Assembly (NCBI GenBank): GCA_046075565.1
Contig: JBJTQJ010000101.1
Location: 1-15,538 of the forward strand
Direction of reading: 5' to 3'
From: Verrucomicrobiales bacterium
GTDB taxonomy: Bacteria > Verrucomicrobiota > Verrucomicrobiia > Verrucomicrobiales > SLCJ01
DNA length: 15,538 nucleotides
The notes under the pieces are model-generated. The model had not been told where the DNA came from and ran no database searches. It saw only the letters and a list, made by a program, of their open reading frames with translations. The position numbers and the translations under genes were made by a program. This document shows, piece after piece, positions 1 through 8,823 of this stretch (the first letter of the stretch is position 1; every line of letters starts with the position of its first letter).

Positions 1-94
1 ATCACGGTCGTGACCCCGCGTCGCCTGAGAGGCGATGAAGGGCAAGCCGCTGATGCGGATCCGGAACCCCCGGACTTTCAAGTTTCCTGTCTTC

Positions 95-2155
95 TCAGAA
101 TCCGATCCCGATGGCCAGGCCCGCCCGGTAACCATCGTAGGAATTTTCGGCATTGCCGGATTGGTCATTGCGGTACCCGACGAAGGTGGTGGCGAAGGCG
201 CGGTCCCTCCAAATCGGAAAAGAATAGGAAAGATCAACGGTCAGGAATTCGCGGTCGAGGGAAGTTTGCCCGGCCGTCTGTTCGCGCAAGGGGCTTTCGA
301 TTTGGTATCCGCCCGTGAGGGTGAGGGAGCTTCGGTCGAAGCGGCGGGTTACCGAACCCCTGGTCGCGAAGACTTCGCGGAAGTCGTCTCCGTTGCCCGA
401 TCCAACACTGGCATTGCGAGCCACACCCAGATTGACGGCCCATTGATCGGTGGGGGACCACGTCGCCCCGATTTCCCCGGTGATGAATGGGCTTGCGCCT
501 CCAGTGAATGAAGGCTCGGGATCAGCTGTGGGTTCCGGCGTTGGAGCAGGTGCTTGAACTACTGGTTGGGCCACCGGGGCCGGAGCGACAGGGTTATTTG
601 GATCCGTGACCACATCGGGCACGACGATGATCTGGCGTTGGGGAGGAGGAGGCGGCGGAATCACCGGTTCGGGTTCCTTCTCATCGAACTGGTGGAATTC
701 CGCTCCGATCTGCGCGTTGAAAGAAATCTTGTTCGACACCTTGTAGCGGGCGCGGAGGATTGGTCCGAAGCTGTTGCTGGCCAGACCGTCGGAGCGTTCG
801 TCGTAGGTGGCGCGAACCCCGGGTCCGAGTTCTAGCAGGGGCGAAACCTGCCAAAGTGCGGCGAAATTCATGCGGGCGGTGACGGTCTCCGGGTAGTCCT
901 GCTCCACGGTCTTCGTTGTCGGTCCTTGAACGGGAGCAGGTTCGGGAGGTGCTATTCCCGGGGGAGGGGGAATCTGCTGGCCCAGCGTGTTTACATAGAT
1001 GGGAGGAGGAGGCGGAGGAGGAGGCTCGACCTCGACCTCGATGTCTTGGGAGTAAGGGCCGCGGAAAGCGTAACCTCCGTCGAGTTCGAGCTTGGTTTTG
1101 GATGTGAGTTTGTAAGTAATCCGGAGGTCGGTATCGATCCTTTCCTCCCGCACATCGGTGTCGTAATAGCGGTTCTGCCCGCTGCTCAGGCCGTAGCCCA
1201 GACCAAAGGATGTGGCGAAGCGCTGCCCTGCGAAGCCGGCGCGGAAACTCCCGCCGTAATCCTCCCCGGCAAGGCCCTCCCGATCGAAGCTGTTGTCCAC
1301 GATGCCACCTATAGCCGCCGGGTTCTGTTGTCGGGCGATATCGTTGAGCGAGTTGCCGTTGATGGTGCTGCGGTAATACCCACTGAGTTCGGCCCCCCAT
1401 TTCCGGCGGTCATAGCGTAGGGCCAGGGTCGCGTTATGCTCCCAGCCGCTCAGAACATCGTAATCCGTGTGGGTCACATAGCTGGGGCCATAGGCGGCGT
1501 CGATGAAAAAGATCGGCCCCGGTGTCCGATAGCGGGCGAACGGAGTGAAGCGCAGGACAAAGCTCTCCGGCCCTTGGCCGTAGGTTTCTTGACTGTATTG
1601 CTCTGATCGCTGAAAGATATTCGAGTCATACAAGCCGGTAAAGGAAAGCCCGGTTTGAAGGCCGAGGAAGGGGCCAGTGAGCCCGAACGGACCCACCCGG
1701 GTGTTCATTTCCCGCATGGCGGTGATCGCCCGAACCCGTTGGATGGTGGCCGCGTCCGCTTCCTCTGGAGAAGCGAACAGAGGATTTTCGTCGGGGCCTC
1801 CTTCAGCCGAACCAGAAGACGATTCGGGCAGGGCGAGTTCGTCGAGCATTTTCTCCATGTGGAGAGAAGTCACGAGCATTCCAGGGTCATCGCCAGTGGC
1901 CGCGCCTGAGGGGTCGAGCGGCGGCAATTCCAGAGGCGTGACCAAGGCAGAGTCCCCCGGCCGGGGTGATTGGCCATCAGCGGGGGGCGGTGGAGCCTCT
2001 TGGGCTCCGGCGCGAAATTCCGGAAAGAGCAGCAAGGCGGCGGCTAACAAACCGCATCGACCGGCTCCCTGGACCACGCGACGAAAGCGGGCGAGCGAGT
2101 TGAAAAACCCGCCCGGCGGGCGAAGGAAAATAGACGGCGGGAATGGCTCTGCCAT
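95..2155 (-). CDS. Outer-membrane beta-barrel protein of a polysaccharide export locus (BBP2/EpsX-WzpX-like) with proline-rich insertions
   Basis: 686-aa ORF; signal-peptide-like segment (GLLAAALLLFPEFRAGAQE); 'YDSNIF' motif at barrel start; many amphipathic beta strands; C-terminal GLAIGIGF beta-signal; divergent from wza-wzc. The true start may be downstream of the ORF start. Confidence 0.8.
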   Translation of the reverse strand: MAEPFPPSIFLRPPGGFFNSLARFRRVVQGAGRCGLLAAALLLFPEFRAGAQEAPPPPADGQSPRPGDSALVTPLELPPLDPSGAATGDDPGMLVTSLHMEKMLDELALPESSSGSAEGGPDENPLFASPEEADAATIQRVRAITAMREMNTRVGPFGLTGPFLGLQTGLSFTGLYDSNIFQRSEQYSQETYGQGPESFVLRFTPFARYRTPGPIFFIDAAYGPSYVTHTDYDVLSGWEHNATLALRYDRRKWGAELSGYYRSTINGNSLNDIARQQNPAAIGGIVDNSFDREGLAGEDYGGSFRAGFAGQRFATSFGLGYGLSSGQNRYYDTDVREERIDTDLRITYKLTSKTKLELDGGYAFRGPYSQDIEVEVEPPPPPPPPIYVNTLGQQIPPPPGIAPPEPAPVQGPTTKTVEQDYPETVTARMNFAALWQVSPLLELGPGVRATYDERSDGLASNSFGPILRARYKVSNKISFNAQIGAEFHQFDEKEPEPVIPPPPPPQRQIIVVPDVVTDPNNPVAPAPVAQPVVQAPAPTPEPTADPEPSFTGGASPFITGEIGATWSPTDQWAVNLGVARNASVGSGNGDDFREVFATRGSVTRRFDRSSLTLTGGYQIESPLREQTAGQTSLDREFLTVDLSYSFPIWRDRAFATTFVGYRNDQSGNAENSYDGYRAGLAIGIGF

Positions 2156-2392
2156 GCAGACGAGGATGGAGCAACCGGAGTTGCGGGTTCAACCCATGGG
2201 CATGGCCCATGGGTCACTAGTATTACTCTAGCACATTCGGGCCGTCGAAAACGAAAAATTCTTTCGCATTTACAAATCATTTGGGGAGTCCGACGCTCCT
2301 CAATCGCCCGACTGCCACGTTTCGAACTTGGCAATTACACTCTGTCGGCTCCCTCCCAGAAACCCGCTCGCCTTGTGACGTCCGAAACCCTC

Positions 2393-2525
2393 GTCCAAGG
2401 AGGGGCGGACTCCGATCCGCCCGGTTCATGCGTGGCGAAAGCGCCACCCCTGTCTTGAAGGGGTCATCTACCACCCATGGGCATACCATTCGACCCGTCG
2501 GATCGGAGTCCGCCGCTCCTTGGAC
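2393..2525. repeat. 27-bp inverted repeat pair enclosing 79 bp (REP doublet/MITE-like or invertible segment)
   Basis: 2393-2419 GTCCAAGGAGGGGCGGACTCCGATCCG is the reverse complement of 2499-2525 with one mismatch; internal hairpin GTGGCG-AAAG-CGCCAC at 2432-2447. Confidence 0.9.
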
Positions 2526-2619
2526 AACCGCCTGTCCCGTTTTCCGGCGTGGTCCATCGACAGAACTCGAAGAGTTGCGGAAGGGATCCAGCCTCCACCT
2601 CTTCCGCCTCTTTTTTCTC

Positions 2620-2648
2620 TGGACTTTTCCGGCATTCGGAGGCAGATT
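2620..2648 (+). promoter_or_regulatory. Possible sigma70 promoter for wza
   Basis: TGGACT-N17-CAGATT, 11 nt upstream of ATG 2660; weak consensus match. Confidence 0.3.
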
Positions 2649-2659
2649 CCCGCACACCT

Positions 2660-3505
2660 ATGAGCCACGATTTTCTTACCCGCCTCGCGCTGCTCTTCTT
2701 CCTGCTGCCTTGTGCCCTGTTGGCCCAGCAGCCTGCCTCGCTTGTCGCAGAGCAGCCCACCGGTTACGTCATCAAGGCGAATGACGTCCTGAGGCTGGAT
2801 ATTTTCAACGAGCCCAAGGTGTCCGTTCCGGAATCTCCCGTTGGCAAGACAGGCGAGGCTTCCTTTCCTCTCATTGGCAATGTGGCGTTGGGCGGGCTCA
2901 CGGTCAGCCAGGCCTCGGAGAAAATCCGCGCCCTCTATGACGCCGATTGGCTGGTGGATCCGAAGCTCACCTTGACCGTGGTCGGTTACGCTACCGAAGC
3001 CGTCACCGTCCTCGGCTCCGTCCAGCGGCCCGGCCAGTTGGCGATCAACCCCACGACCGGGCTCGATCTTGCGACCGCCCTCGCCATCGCGGGAGGCTTG
3101 TCCGAAACCGCCGACACCGAACGCATTGAATTGCACCGCGCCGCCGGTGGAGTCACGGTCTACGGCAAGAACGATGTTTCGGACGGAGCCGCCGGCAAAA
3201 TCAAACTCGCTTCGGGCGACCGGATCATCGTCGGACAAAGTCGGTTTGTCGGCACGTTTGTCACGGTCATCGGCAATGTGGGCAAACAAGGTGCGGTCGG
3301 GTTTCCGGTCGATGGCAAGCTGGACTTGGTCACCGCCATTGCCGCCGCCTCAGGGCTTACCGACATTGCAAACCCCAAGAAAATTTCCGTCAACCGCGGT
3401 GGCACGGTTACCGAAGTTGATTACACGGCGATTTCGAAGAATGCGGCCAAACCATACATGCTGCAGCCGGGCGACATTATCACTGTTCCGCAACGATTCT
3501 GGTAA
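2660..3505 (+). CDS. wza: Polysaccharide export protein, OPX/Wza family (Poly_export plus SLBB domains)
   Basis: Start ATG 2660 gives a signal peptide (MSHDFLTRLALLFFLLPCALLAQQ); Poly_export motifs YVIKANDVLRLDIFNEP and GEASFPLIGNVALGGLTV; two SLBB-like repeats (VTVLGSVQRPG...LAIAGGL, VTVIGNVGKQG...AIAAASGL); ends LQPGDIITVPQRFW. Confidence 0.92.
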   Translation: MSHDFLTRLALLFFLLPCALLAQQPASLVAEQPTGYVIKANDVLRLDIFNEPKVSVPESPVGKTGEASFPLIGNVALGGLTVSQASEKIRALYDADWLVDPKLTLTVVGYATEAVTVLGSVQRPGQLAINPTTGLDLATALAIAGGLSETADTERIELHRAAGGVTVYGKNDVSDGAAGKIKLASGDRIIVGQSRFVGTFVTVIGNVGKQGAVGFPVDGKLDLVTAIAAASGLTDIANPKKISVNRGGTVTEVDYTAISKNAAKPYMLQPGDIITVPQRFW

Positions 3506-3583
3506 ACACGCCAATCCAAGGAGGGCCTGATTCTTGCGAATCAGAATGCCGGTTCCAATTTCCCCCCACACCCGCACGACGAC

Positions 3584-5821
3584 ATGGAAGATGAAGATTT
3601 TGAAGATAGCTCGCCCGCCCCGCGTTCCCGGCGCTCCAGGCATAACGCCCTTTTGCCGGCCATGCTCGGCCGATGGTATTGGGTGGCTCTCCTTTTGATC
3701 TTGGGGGCGCTCTCCTCGCTCTACTATCTGTCCAAAGCGCCCAAATATTTTACGGCCACGGCCACACTGGCCATTACCATGCCCGAGCGGAGCATGATGG
3801 GCGGCGGACGTGCCCAGAGCGAAGAGTTTGATACAACCACCCTCGAGGGTCTCAATACCATCGCCGCCCGTCTTGGACGGGTTGAGTTGCTCGAGCGCGT
3901 GGCATCACGAGCCGATGTTTTGGCGTTGCGTGGCTTCGTTCCGCCTGAAGTGGACTGGCGTCCCTCCTGGTGGACGGCTTGGACCGAAGGTTCGGACGCC
4001 CAGGCTCGCGTGGCCACCGATGCGCGCGCCTTGCCCAAGACCGCTCTGGTTAGCGTCATCGGTTCTGGCATCAGTGTCAAGGTCCGGGCGAGGACCCGCC
4101 TCCTCGACATCAGCGTCAAACATAGGGATCCGGCAGTCGCACGGGTGCTCGCCGATGCCGTCGCCACCGAGTATGTGGCGGAAACCGAACAAATCGCCGG
4201 CGAAAACCGCAGCACCCAGTCCAACACGCTGATCGCCAAAGCCGAGGAAGCCAGCCGCAAAATCGCCGAAACCAACACCGCTCTCGGCAACTATACCCGT
4301 GTGCTCCAATTGCATCAGGAACTTGAGGGCATGGAGACAACCTATGCCACCCTCGCCCTGCGCTACCGTCCGAGGTATCCCGACATGGTCGATGCCAAGG
4401 GAAAACTCGAAGATATCAAGCGCCGCTTCCTCGCCGAGTTGGACACGGCCATGACCTCCCCGGCGGATGCCCCCTACTGGCAGACCGCCGCCGATGCCAT
4501 CACCGCCGCCAAGGACGACCCCGAGGCCAAGTTGAACGCCGCCCGTCAGGCCCTTCTTTCCCGTGTTTCCGTGCTCAATGCCCAAGCAAAAAGCCAGGAA
4601 ACCATTCTCCAGGCCATGTCCACCAGCAGCACCATAGGCGACGTGGACCGCGAGACATCGAGCATCTCGATCCGGGTGGATAACAAGGCATTGCTGCCCG
4701 AACAGCCCTCGGAACCAAGCGTGCCGAAGATCATTGTCATTGGTTCGGGTGGTGGTCTTTTCCTCGGTTTGGCGACCGCCTTCCTGCTCGCCAAGCTCGA
4801 CAACAAATTCCATTCGGTGGCCCAACTTGAAGCTGAGGCCGAAGTGCCCGTCCTCGCGGCCATCTCCCAAATCAACCCGAGCCATCTCGCCCAAGCCGTC
4901 AACTATACCCGCAAACGGGGGAAAGATGTTGAATTGAATGGCCCGCAACAATCCTGGGATCCGCTCCTGCTTTTCCGCCCCGGCCTTTCCTCGACCAACT
5001 TCTGCGAGAACTTCCGCGTCCTCCGCGCCTCCGTTGCCTTGCTTGGCGACGAGAAGCGCCGCCGGATTACCCTCTTCACCAGCTCCTTGCCCGGTGAAGG
5101 GAAATCCATGGTCTCGGCCAACTTCGCCCTCGCCTCCGCCGCCCTCGGGCGCAAGACCCTCCTCATCGACCTCGATCTCCGCAAGCCCCGCCAGCACAAA
5201 ATCTTTGGTATCCTGAGAAACCAACACGGCAAGGCCGGAGCCACCGATTGGTGCGCCGGTCAGGCCACCATGGAAGAAGCGACCATCACCGACACCGGTG
5301 CCGAGAACCTCCACATCATTGTCTCTGGCTCCCGCGCTCCCAACCCCGGTGAGCTACTCCAGGCCGACCGGCTCCGCGAGATCTTCGAAGAAGCCATGGC
5401 CAAATACGAGGTCGTGGTTGTTGATACCGCGCCTCTCCTTGCGGTGCCGGAAGCCCGGCTCATCGCCCCCTTCGTCGACAATCTCTGCCTGATTGTCCGC
5501 GCCAATTTGGTCTCCAAAGGCGCGGTCCAGCGTTCCCTCGACCTTCTCGAGTCGGCCGGCACTCCGCCTTCGGGGCTCATCTTCAACGGTTATACTGAAA
5601 GCCGTCGTCGTATCGGGTACAACTACACCTATGGCAGCTATCGGACGAGCCGCTTCGGTAAGGCCGTGCAATACGGCTACGGCTCCTACGGTTCCTACGG
5701 CTCCTACGGCCATGATCACGATGACGACCACGACGATGAACCCGGAGACGAGGTCGCCAATCGAGGCAAGGCGAAAAAAAACCAGAGCCCCGAGCCCAAG
5801 GGTCCATCCGAGGACCTTTGA
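3584..5821 (+). CDS. wzc: Polysaccharide co-polymerase/BY tyrosine autokinase (Wzc/GumC family)
   Basis: 745 aa; two TM segments flanking a coiled-coil periplasmic region; ENFRVLR; Walker A SSLPGEGKS; A' LLIDLDLRKP; Walker B VVVVDTAP; Tyr-rich tail YGYGSYGSYGSYG. Confidence 0.96.
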   Translation: MEDEDFEDSSPAPRSRRSRHNALLPAMLGRWYWVALLLILGALSSLYYLSKAPKYFTATATLAITMPERSMMGGGRAQSEEFDTTTLEGLNTIAARLGRVELLERVASRADVLALRGFVPPEVDWRPSWWTAWTEGSDAQARVATDARALPKTALVSVIGSGISVKVRARTRLLDISVKHRDPAVARVLADAVATEYVAETEQIAGENRSTQSNTLIAKAEEASRKIAETNTALGNYTRVLQLHQELEGMETTYATLALRYRPRYPDMVDAKGKLEDIKRRFLAELDTAMTSPADAPYWQTAADAITAAKDDPEAKLNAARQALLSRVSVLNAQAKSQETILQAMSTSSTIGDVDRETSSISIRVDNKALLPEQPSEPSVPKIIVIGSGGGLFLGLATAFLLAKLDNKFHSVAQLEAEAEVPVLAAISQINPSHLAQAVNYTRKRGKDVELNGPQQSWDPLLLFRPGLSSTNFCENFRVLRASVALLGDEKRRRITLFTSSLPGEGKSMVSANFALASAALGRKTLLIDLDLRKPRQHKIFGILRNQHGKAGATDWCAGQATMEEATITDTGAENLHIIVSGSRAPNPGELLQADRLREIFEEAMAKYEVVVVDTAPLLAVPEARLIAPFVDNLCLIVRANLVSKGAVQRSLDLLESAGTPPSGLIFNGYTESRRRIGYNYTYGSYRTSRFGKAVQYGYGSYGSYGSYGHDHDDDHDDEPGDEVANRGKAKKNQSPEPKGPSEDL

Positions 5822-5986
5822 GCGAGTTGGGCGAGGCGAGTCAAAATGTGCCGCCGGCAGCCAAACCACTTTCACCTTTTAGGGTCGATTTCTGGTTTCC
5901 AGTCAAATCGACCATGGGCGGAGGCTTGGCTTGAATGCAATAGAGCCGCTGGCTGGGCGCTGCACGGTCGTCGGGGCCTTCGGCCC

Positions 5987-6130
5987 GTCCTTGGTCTTTG
6001 GTCCTTAGTCGAGCTTGTTCAGAACAAAGTGCCATTCAAGCGCTAGCAAATGCAAGTATCATGCGAAGCGCGATAGCACTTCATCATAACCGACCAAGGA
6101 CCAAGGACCAAGGACTAAGGACTAAAGAAC
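5987..6130. repeat. Inverted pair of heptamer tandem arrays (GTCCTTG-type / CAAGGAC-type)
   Basis: 5987-6010 GTCCTTG GTCTTTG GTCCTTA GTC; 6092-6130 GAC (CAAGGAC)x3 TAAGGAC TAAAGAAC; the two arrays are mutually complementary. Confidence 0.9.
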
Positions 6131-6155
6131 CCGCGACCCTGTCGGGGCAGGCCCC

Positions 6156-6857
6156 ATGCGCAATCTCTTGTTCATTCTCGTTGCCATCGCGGTCATTGAG
6201 GCCGTCGCCTGGTGGTGGATGAACCCGGCTCCCGCCGGACTCGGCAAACCGGTGCTGACCTACACTCCGGCCTATCTGGACAACCCGACAACCGGGACAG
6301 CGAAATTCGAACCTCACACCTCAAGCACGGGTTCTCTGGTGACGCTCTTGCCGGAAATCGTCGCGACGGCCCGTCCCACCCTGCGCTGTAGCACTGGCAT
6401 CGCGGCCCGCATCGAGCGGGACGACGGCGTCTCCATCCATGTCGCGTTTTTCGAATGGGACCACAAATCAACTGCCAATACCCTGGAGGCGTTCAAACAT
6501 CTGCCGGATGAGTGTATGGGCTCCATCGGGCACAAACTCATCGAAAAAGCCGCGCCCCGTGCCTACAAGGTCGGCGACCAATCGCTCTCCTTCGACCATA
6601 CCATTTTCCGCGACCCCTCCGGCATGCTCATCCATGCCTTCAAAGGCACATGGGTCTCCGGGGCCGATACCCTGATCGGCGAGGAAACCCGCGGCGGTGT
6701 CGAACAATGGAACCAACTGCGCCGGAAGGCCGCCTTCAAACGGTTCCGCCCGGCCTACGCCCGCGTCGTGCAAGGCGCGGTCCGTGGCATTGCCAACTCC
6801 GACCAGGCATGGGAAATCTTCCGCTCCACCATCCTGGTCGATCTGGAAATGAAATAG
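6156..6857 (+). CDS. epsI: EpsI-like (exosortase-associated, DUF3485-like) membrane-anchored periplasmic protein
   Basis: 233 aa; N-terminal TM anchor; HLPDECMGSIG resembles the EpsI HxPxxCxxxxG motif; directly downstream of wzc. Confidence 0.6.
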   Translation: MRNLLFILVAIAVIEAVAWWWMNPAPAGLGKPVLTYTPAYLDNPTTGTAKFEPHTSSTGSLVTLLPEIVATARPTLRCSTGIAARIERDDGVSIHVAFFEWDHKSTANTLEAFKHLPDECMGSIGHKLIEKAAPRAYKVGDQSLSFDHTIFRDPSGMLIHAFKGTWVSGADTLIGEETRGGVEQWNQLRRKAAFKRFRPAYARVVQGAVRGIANSDQAWEIFRSTILVDLEMK

Positions 6858-7110
6858 CGGCGAAGCCGCTGTGCGTGGTGCTTGGTCCTGCGCCGGCGGC
6901 GCTGTCCTTTGACCGTGCCTGTTCCGACAGAGTCGGGGGTCCTTGGTCAAAAAAAGCATGCGCCAGCGACCAGGGGTCAGGCTAAGGACCAAGCACAGTG
7001 CCTCCGGCGCTTCCCCCCTGTCAGCTTTCCCCCTTCAGGTCTCCGGCTTAATGAAGCCCTGCCTTTGGGGCATCAGCGTTTCAGCTTTTCTCTTCCACCT
7101 CTCACCGGAC

Positions 7111-7289
7111 GCCGGGACCATGCCGATGTCGAGGCCATGCTTCACAACGGACTGATTGAAAAAAAACTCCTCATGGTGCTCTTCAGTCGAATCGAACCCG
7201 CCCTGATCCGTTATCCCGCGCTCGACCCGGAAAGTTTCCGGAACACCGTCGAAGTTTTCTGCAACGCCATCGATAACTCGGCCGGATGA
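7111..7289 (+). pseudogene. 5'-truncated copy of the DUF6036-like nucleotidyltransferase gene
   Basis: Near-identical to 13483-13661 (RDHADVEAMLHNGLIEKK...IDNSAG*); the N-terminal two-thirds, including the catalytic motif, is absent. Confidence 0.9.
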
Positions 7290-7603
7290 ACTTCGATCCA
7301 ATGCATCAACTCATCGCCGACTTGCCCGGTGCCCAGCGTGTGTCAGAGGGTTTGAACGATCATCGTCATCAACGCCACACCCTCGCCTCATGCCTCGTGC
7401 GCATCGCGCGCCCTCGGCTTGCCAGGGCCGGCCTGATGCAGGCCTTGCCTGTGCACGACACCCGGGCGGAACTTGACCTCTACCAACTTCTCGCATCCGA
7501 GGGAAACCAAGCCCATAGTCGCTACAACGCGCTCATTCGCGAGCTGGTTAGCTTCGAGCGTGCCCTCGACCACCGCCTTGCCAAAAGAAAGCCAAAACCG
7601 TAG
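7286..7603 (+). CDS. Hypothetical protein, partner of the DUF6036-like NTase (copy 1)
   Basis: 105 aa; ATGA overlap with the upstream remnant; 86 of the first 98 aa identical to 13658-13984 by manual alignment. Confidence 0.85.
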   Translation: MNFDPMHQLIADLPGAQRVSEGLNDHRHQRHTLASCLVRIARPRLARAGLMQALPVHDTRAELDLYQLLASEGNQAHSRYNALIRELVSFERALDHRLAKRKPKP

Positions 7604-7867
7604 CGCAACAGGCAGGGCTCAGGGGTCAGTCAAAGATCATCGATCATCAATCTTCAATCCCTCGGTCCCACCGACTCGGGACCAAGGACAAAGGACCTCC
7701 GACTCTGTCGGGGCGAGCAAGAGCCTCCAACGGGCAGTCCCACCCTTGCCCGCCATAGCCACCAGGGCGACGGCGGGGCCCAAATCCTCCGCTCTTCCTC
7801 CATCATCGGCGGTGCTACCGGATCAACCACGTCATCGGGCAAGTCCGCACCAAGGCCGTCGCCGTGC

Positions 7868-7895
7868 TTGCCTCGTTTTAGCCCTGTGGTAAAAT
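7868..7895 (+). promoter_or_regulatory. sigma70-like promoter (leaderless position)
   Basis: TTGCCT-N16-TAAAAT with extended -10 TG; ATG 7903 lies 7 nt downstream. Confidence 0.65.
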
Positions 7896-7902
7896 GACCA
7901 CC

Positions 7903-8154
7903 ATGAAACACAAGGATCTGCTGGAACGAATCTCCTTCGACCCCGAAATCTTCGGCGGCAAGCCCATCATCCGCGGCCGACGCCTTGCAGTGGAGCACGT
8001 GCTCGACATGCTGGCTGCCGGGGACGACGCGGCCACGATTCTCAAAGGTTATCCATGGCTGGAACCTGAAGTCATCCAGGCCTGTCTCACCTACGCCTCC
8101 ATGCTCGCACGCCATGAGCGAATCGAAATCCTCCCTGCTGCCCTGGCAAGCTGA
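7903..8154 (+). CDS. DUF433 family antitoxin
   Basis: ERISFDPEIFGGKPIIRGRRLAVEHVLDMLAAG...YPWLEPEVIQACLTYA is a typical DUF433 signature; alternative start 7894. Confidence 0.93.
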   Translation: MKHKDLLERISFDPEIFGGKPIIRGRRLAVEHVLDMLAAGDDAATILKGYPWLEPEVIQACLTYASMLARHERIEILPAALAS

Positions 8155-8504
8155 TGGCTCTGGTTCTTCTCGACACTTGCGTTTGGGGTGGTGTTCTTCC
8201 CGATTTGGAGGCTCTCGGTCACGATGTTGTCTGGTCCGGAAACTGGGAAAAAGATCCGGGGGACTAGGCGATTTTGCAATCAGCCTATTTGGAAAGCCGC
8301 ATTCTCGTCACCTTGGATAAAGATTTCGGCGAACTGGCCATTCTCAAAGGCATGCCGCATGCCGGCAACATCCGCCTCACAGGCTTCCGTGCCTCCCAAA
8401 TGGCTGGCGTCATCAACCACCTCTTGGTTGCATACGACGTCGAACTGACGGATGCCGCCATTCTCACGGTTACTCCAGAACGTGTCCGCATCCGCGTGCC
8501 CTGA
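8154..8504 (+). pseudogene. DUF5615/VapC45-like PIN toxin with an internal nonsense codon
   Basis: MALVLLDTCVWGG...LGHDVVW...DPGD*AILQSAYLESRILVTLDKDFGEL...RVRIRVP in one frame; single in-frame TAG at 8265-8267. Confidence 0.9.
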
Positions 8505-8618
8505 CTTCTGGCTGTCCGGGCGCTGAAGGCGCAGACCAATGACGCGGCGCAGCCGCCAAGCACCCCCGACCCTGTCGGGGCAGGCAGGCACAGTGCTTCT
8601 GGCGCTCTCAAAACCACG

Positions 8619-8647
8619 GTGACAAGTGGGCAACCGGGAGGTAAAAT
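8619..8647 (+). promoter_or_regulatory. sigma70-like promoter
   Basis: GTGACA-N17-TAAAAT; ATG 8653 lies 5 nt downstream; an SD-like GGGAGG also occurs at 8636-8641. Confidence 0.65.
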
Positions 8648-8652
8648 GACAT

Positions 8653-8823
8653 ATGACCAAGGTTCTTGAAATCGAAAAAGCCATAGAACAGCTTCCCGAG
8701 CACGAACAGCGGCAAATCGCCGAATGGTTCGAAGACCACCGGCTCGTTGTCGCGAGTTCGGCGTCTCTCGCGTCCATCTATGACGACGAGGATGGCGGAG
8801 AAAGCCAACTGGCCGGCGAATGA
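8653..8823 (+). CDS. Small putative antitoxin (56 aa, absent from the ORF track)
   Basis: MTKVLEIEKAIEQLPEHEQRQIAEWFEDHRLVVASSASLASIYDDEDGGESQLAGE*; acidic tail; ATGA overlap with mazF. Confidence 0.85.
   Translation: MTKVLEIEKAIEQLPEHEQRQIAEWFEDHRLVVASSASLASIYDDEDGGESQLAGE

Noticed and set aside
2228-2239. CTAGCACATTCG shared with 13056-13067 as a regulatory site
   Set aside because: Only two copies in differing contexts; it cannot be separated from chance without genome-wide data.
2477-2659. N-terminal extension of wza from ATG 2477
   Set aside because: It runs through the inverted-repeat element; the signal peptide starts at ATG 2660.
3905-5314. 469-aa minus-strand ORF and other long antisense ORFs (e.g. 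2468-3289, 681-1400)
   Set aside because: Shadow or alternate-frame ORFs overlapping well-supported genes in GC-rich DNA, with no recognisable motifs.
6882-7289. 135-aa ORF as an intact gene
   Set aside because: Its first part translates spacer repeats; only 7111-7289 is gene-derived.
8265-8267. TAG recoding or an alternative genetic code
   Set aside because: TAG serves as a normal stop elsewhere in the window (6857, 7603, 10187); a single nonsense mutation is simpler.
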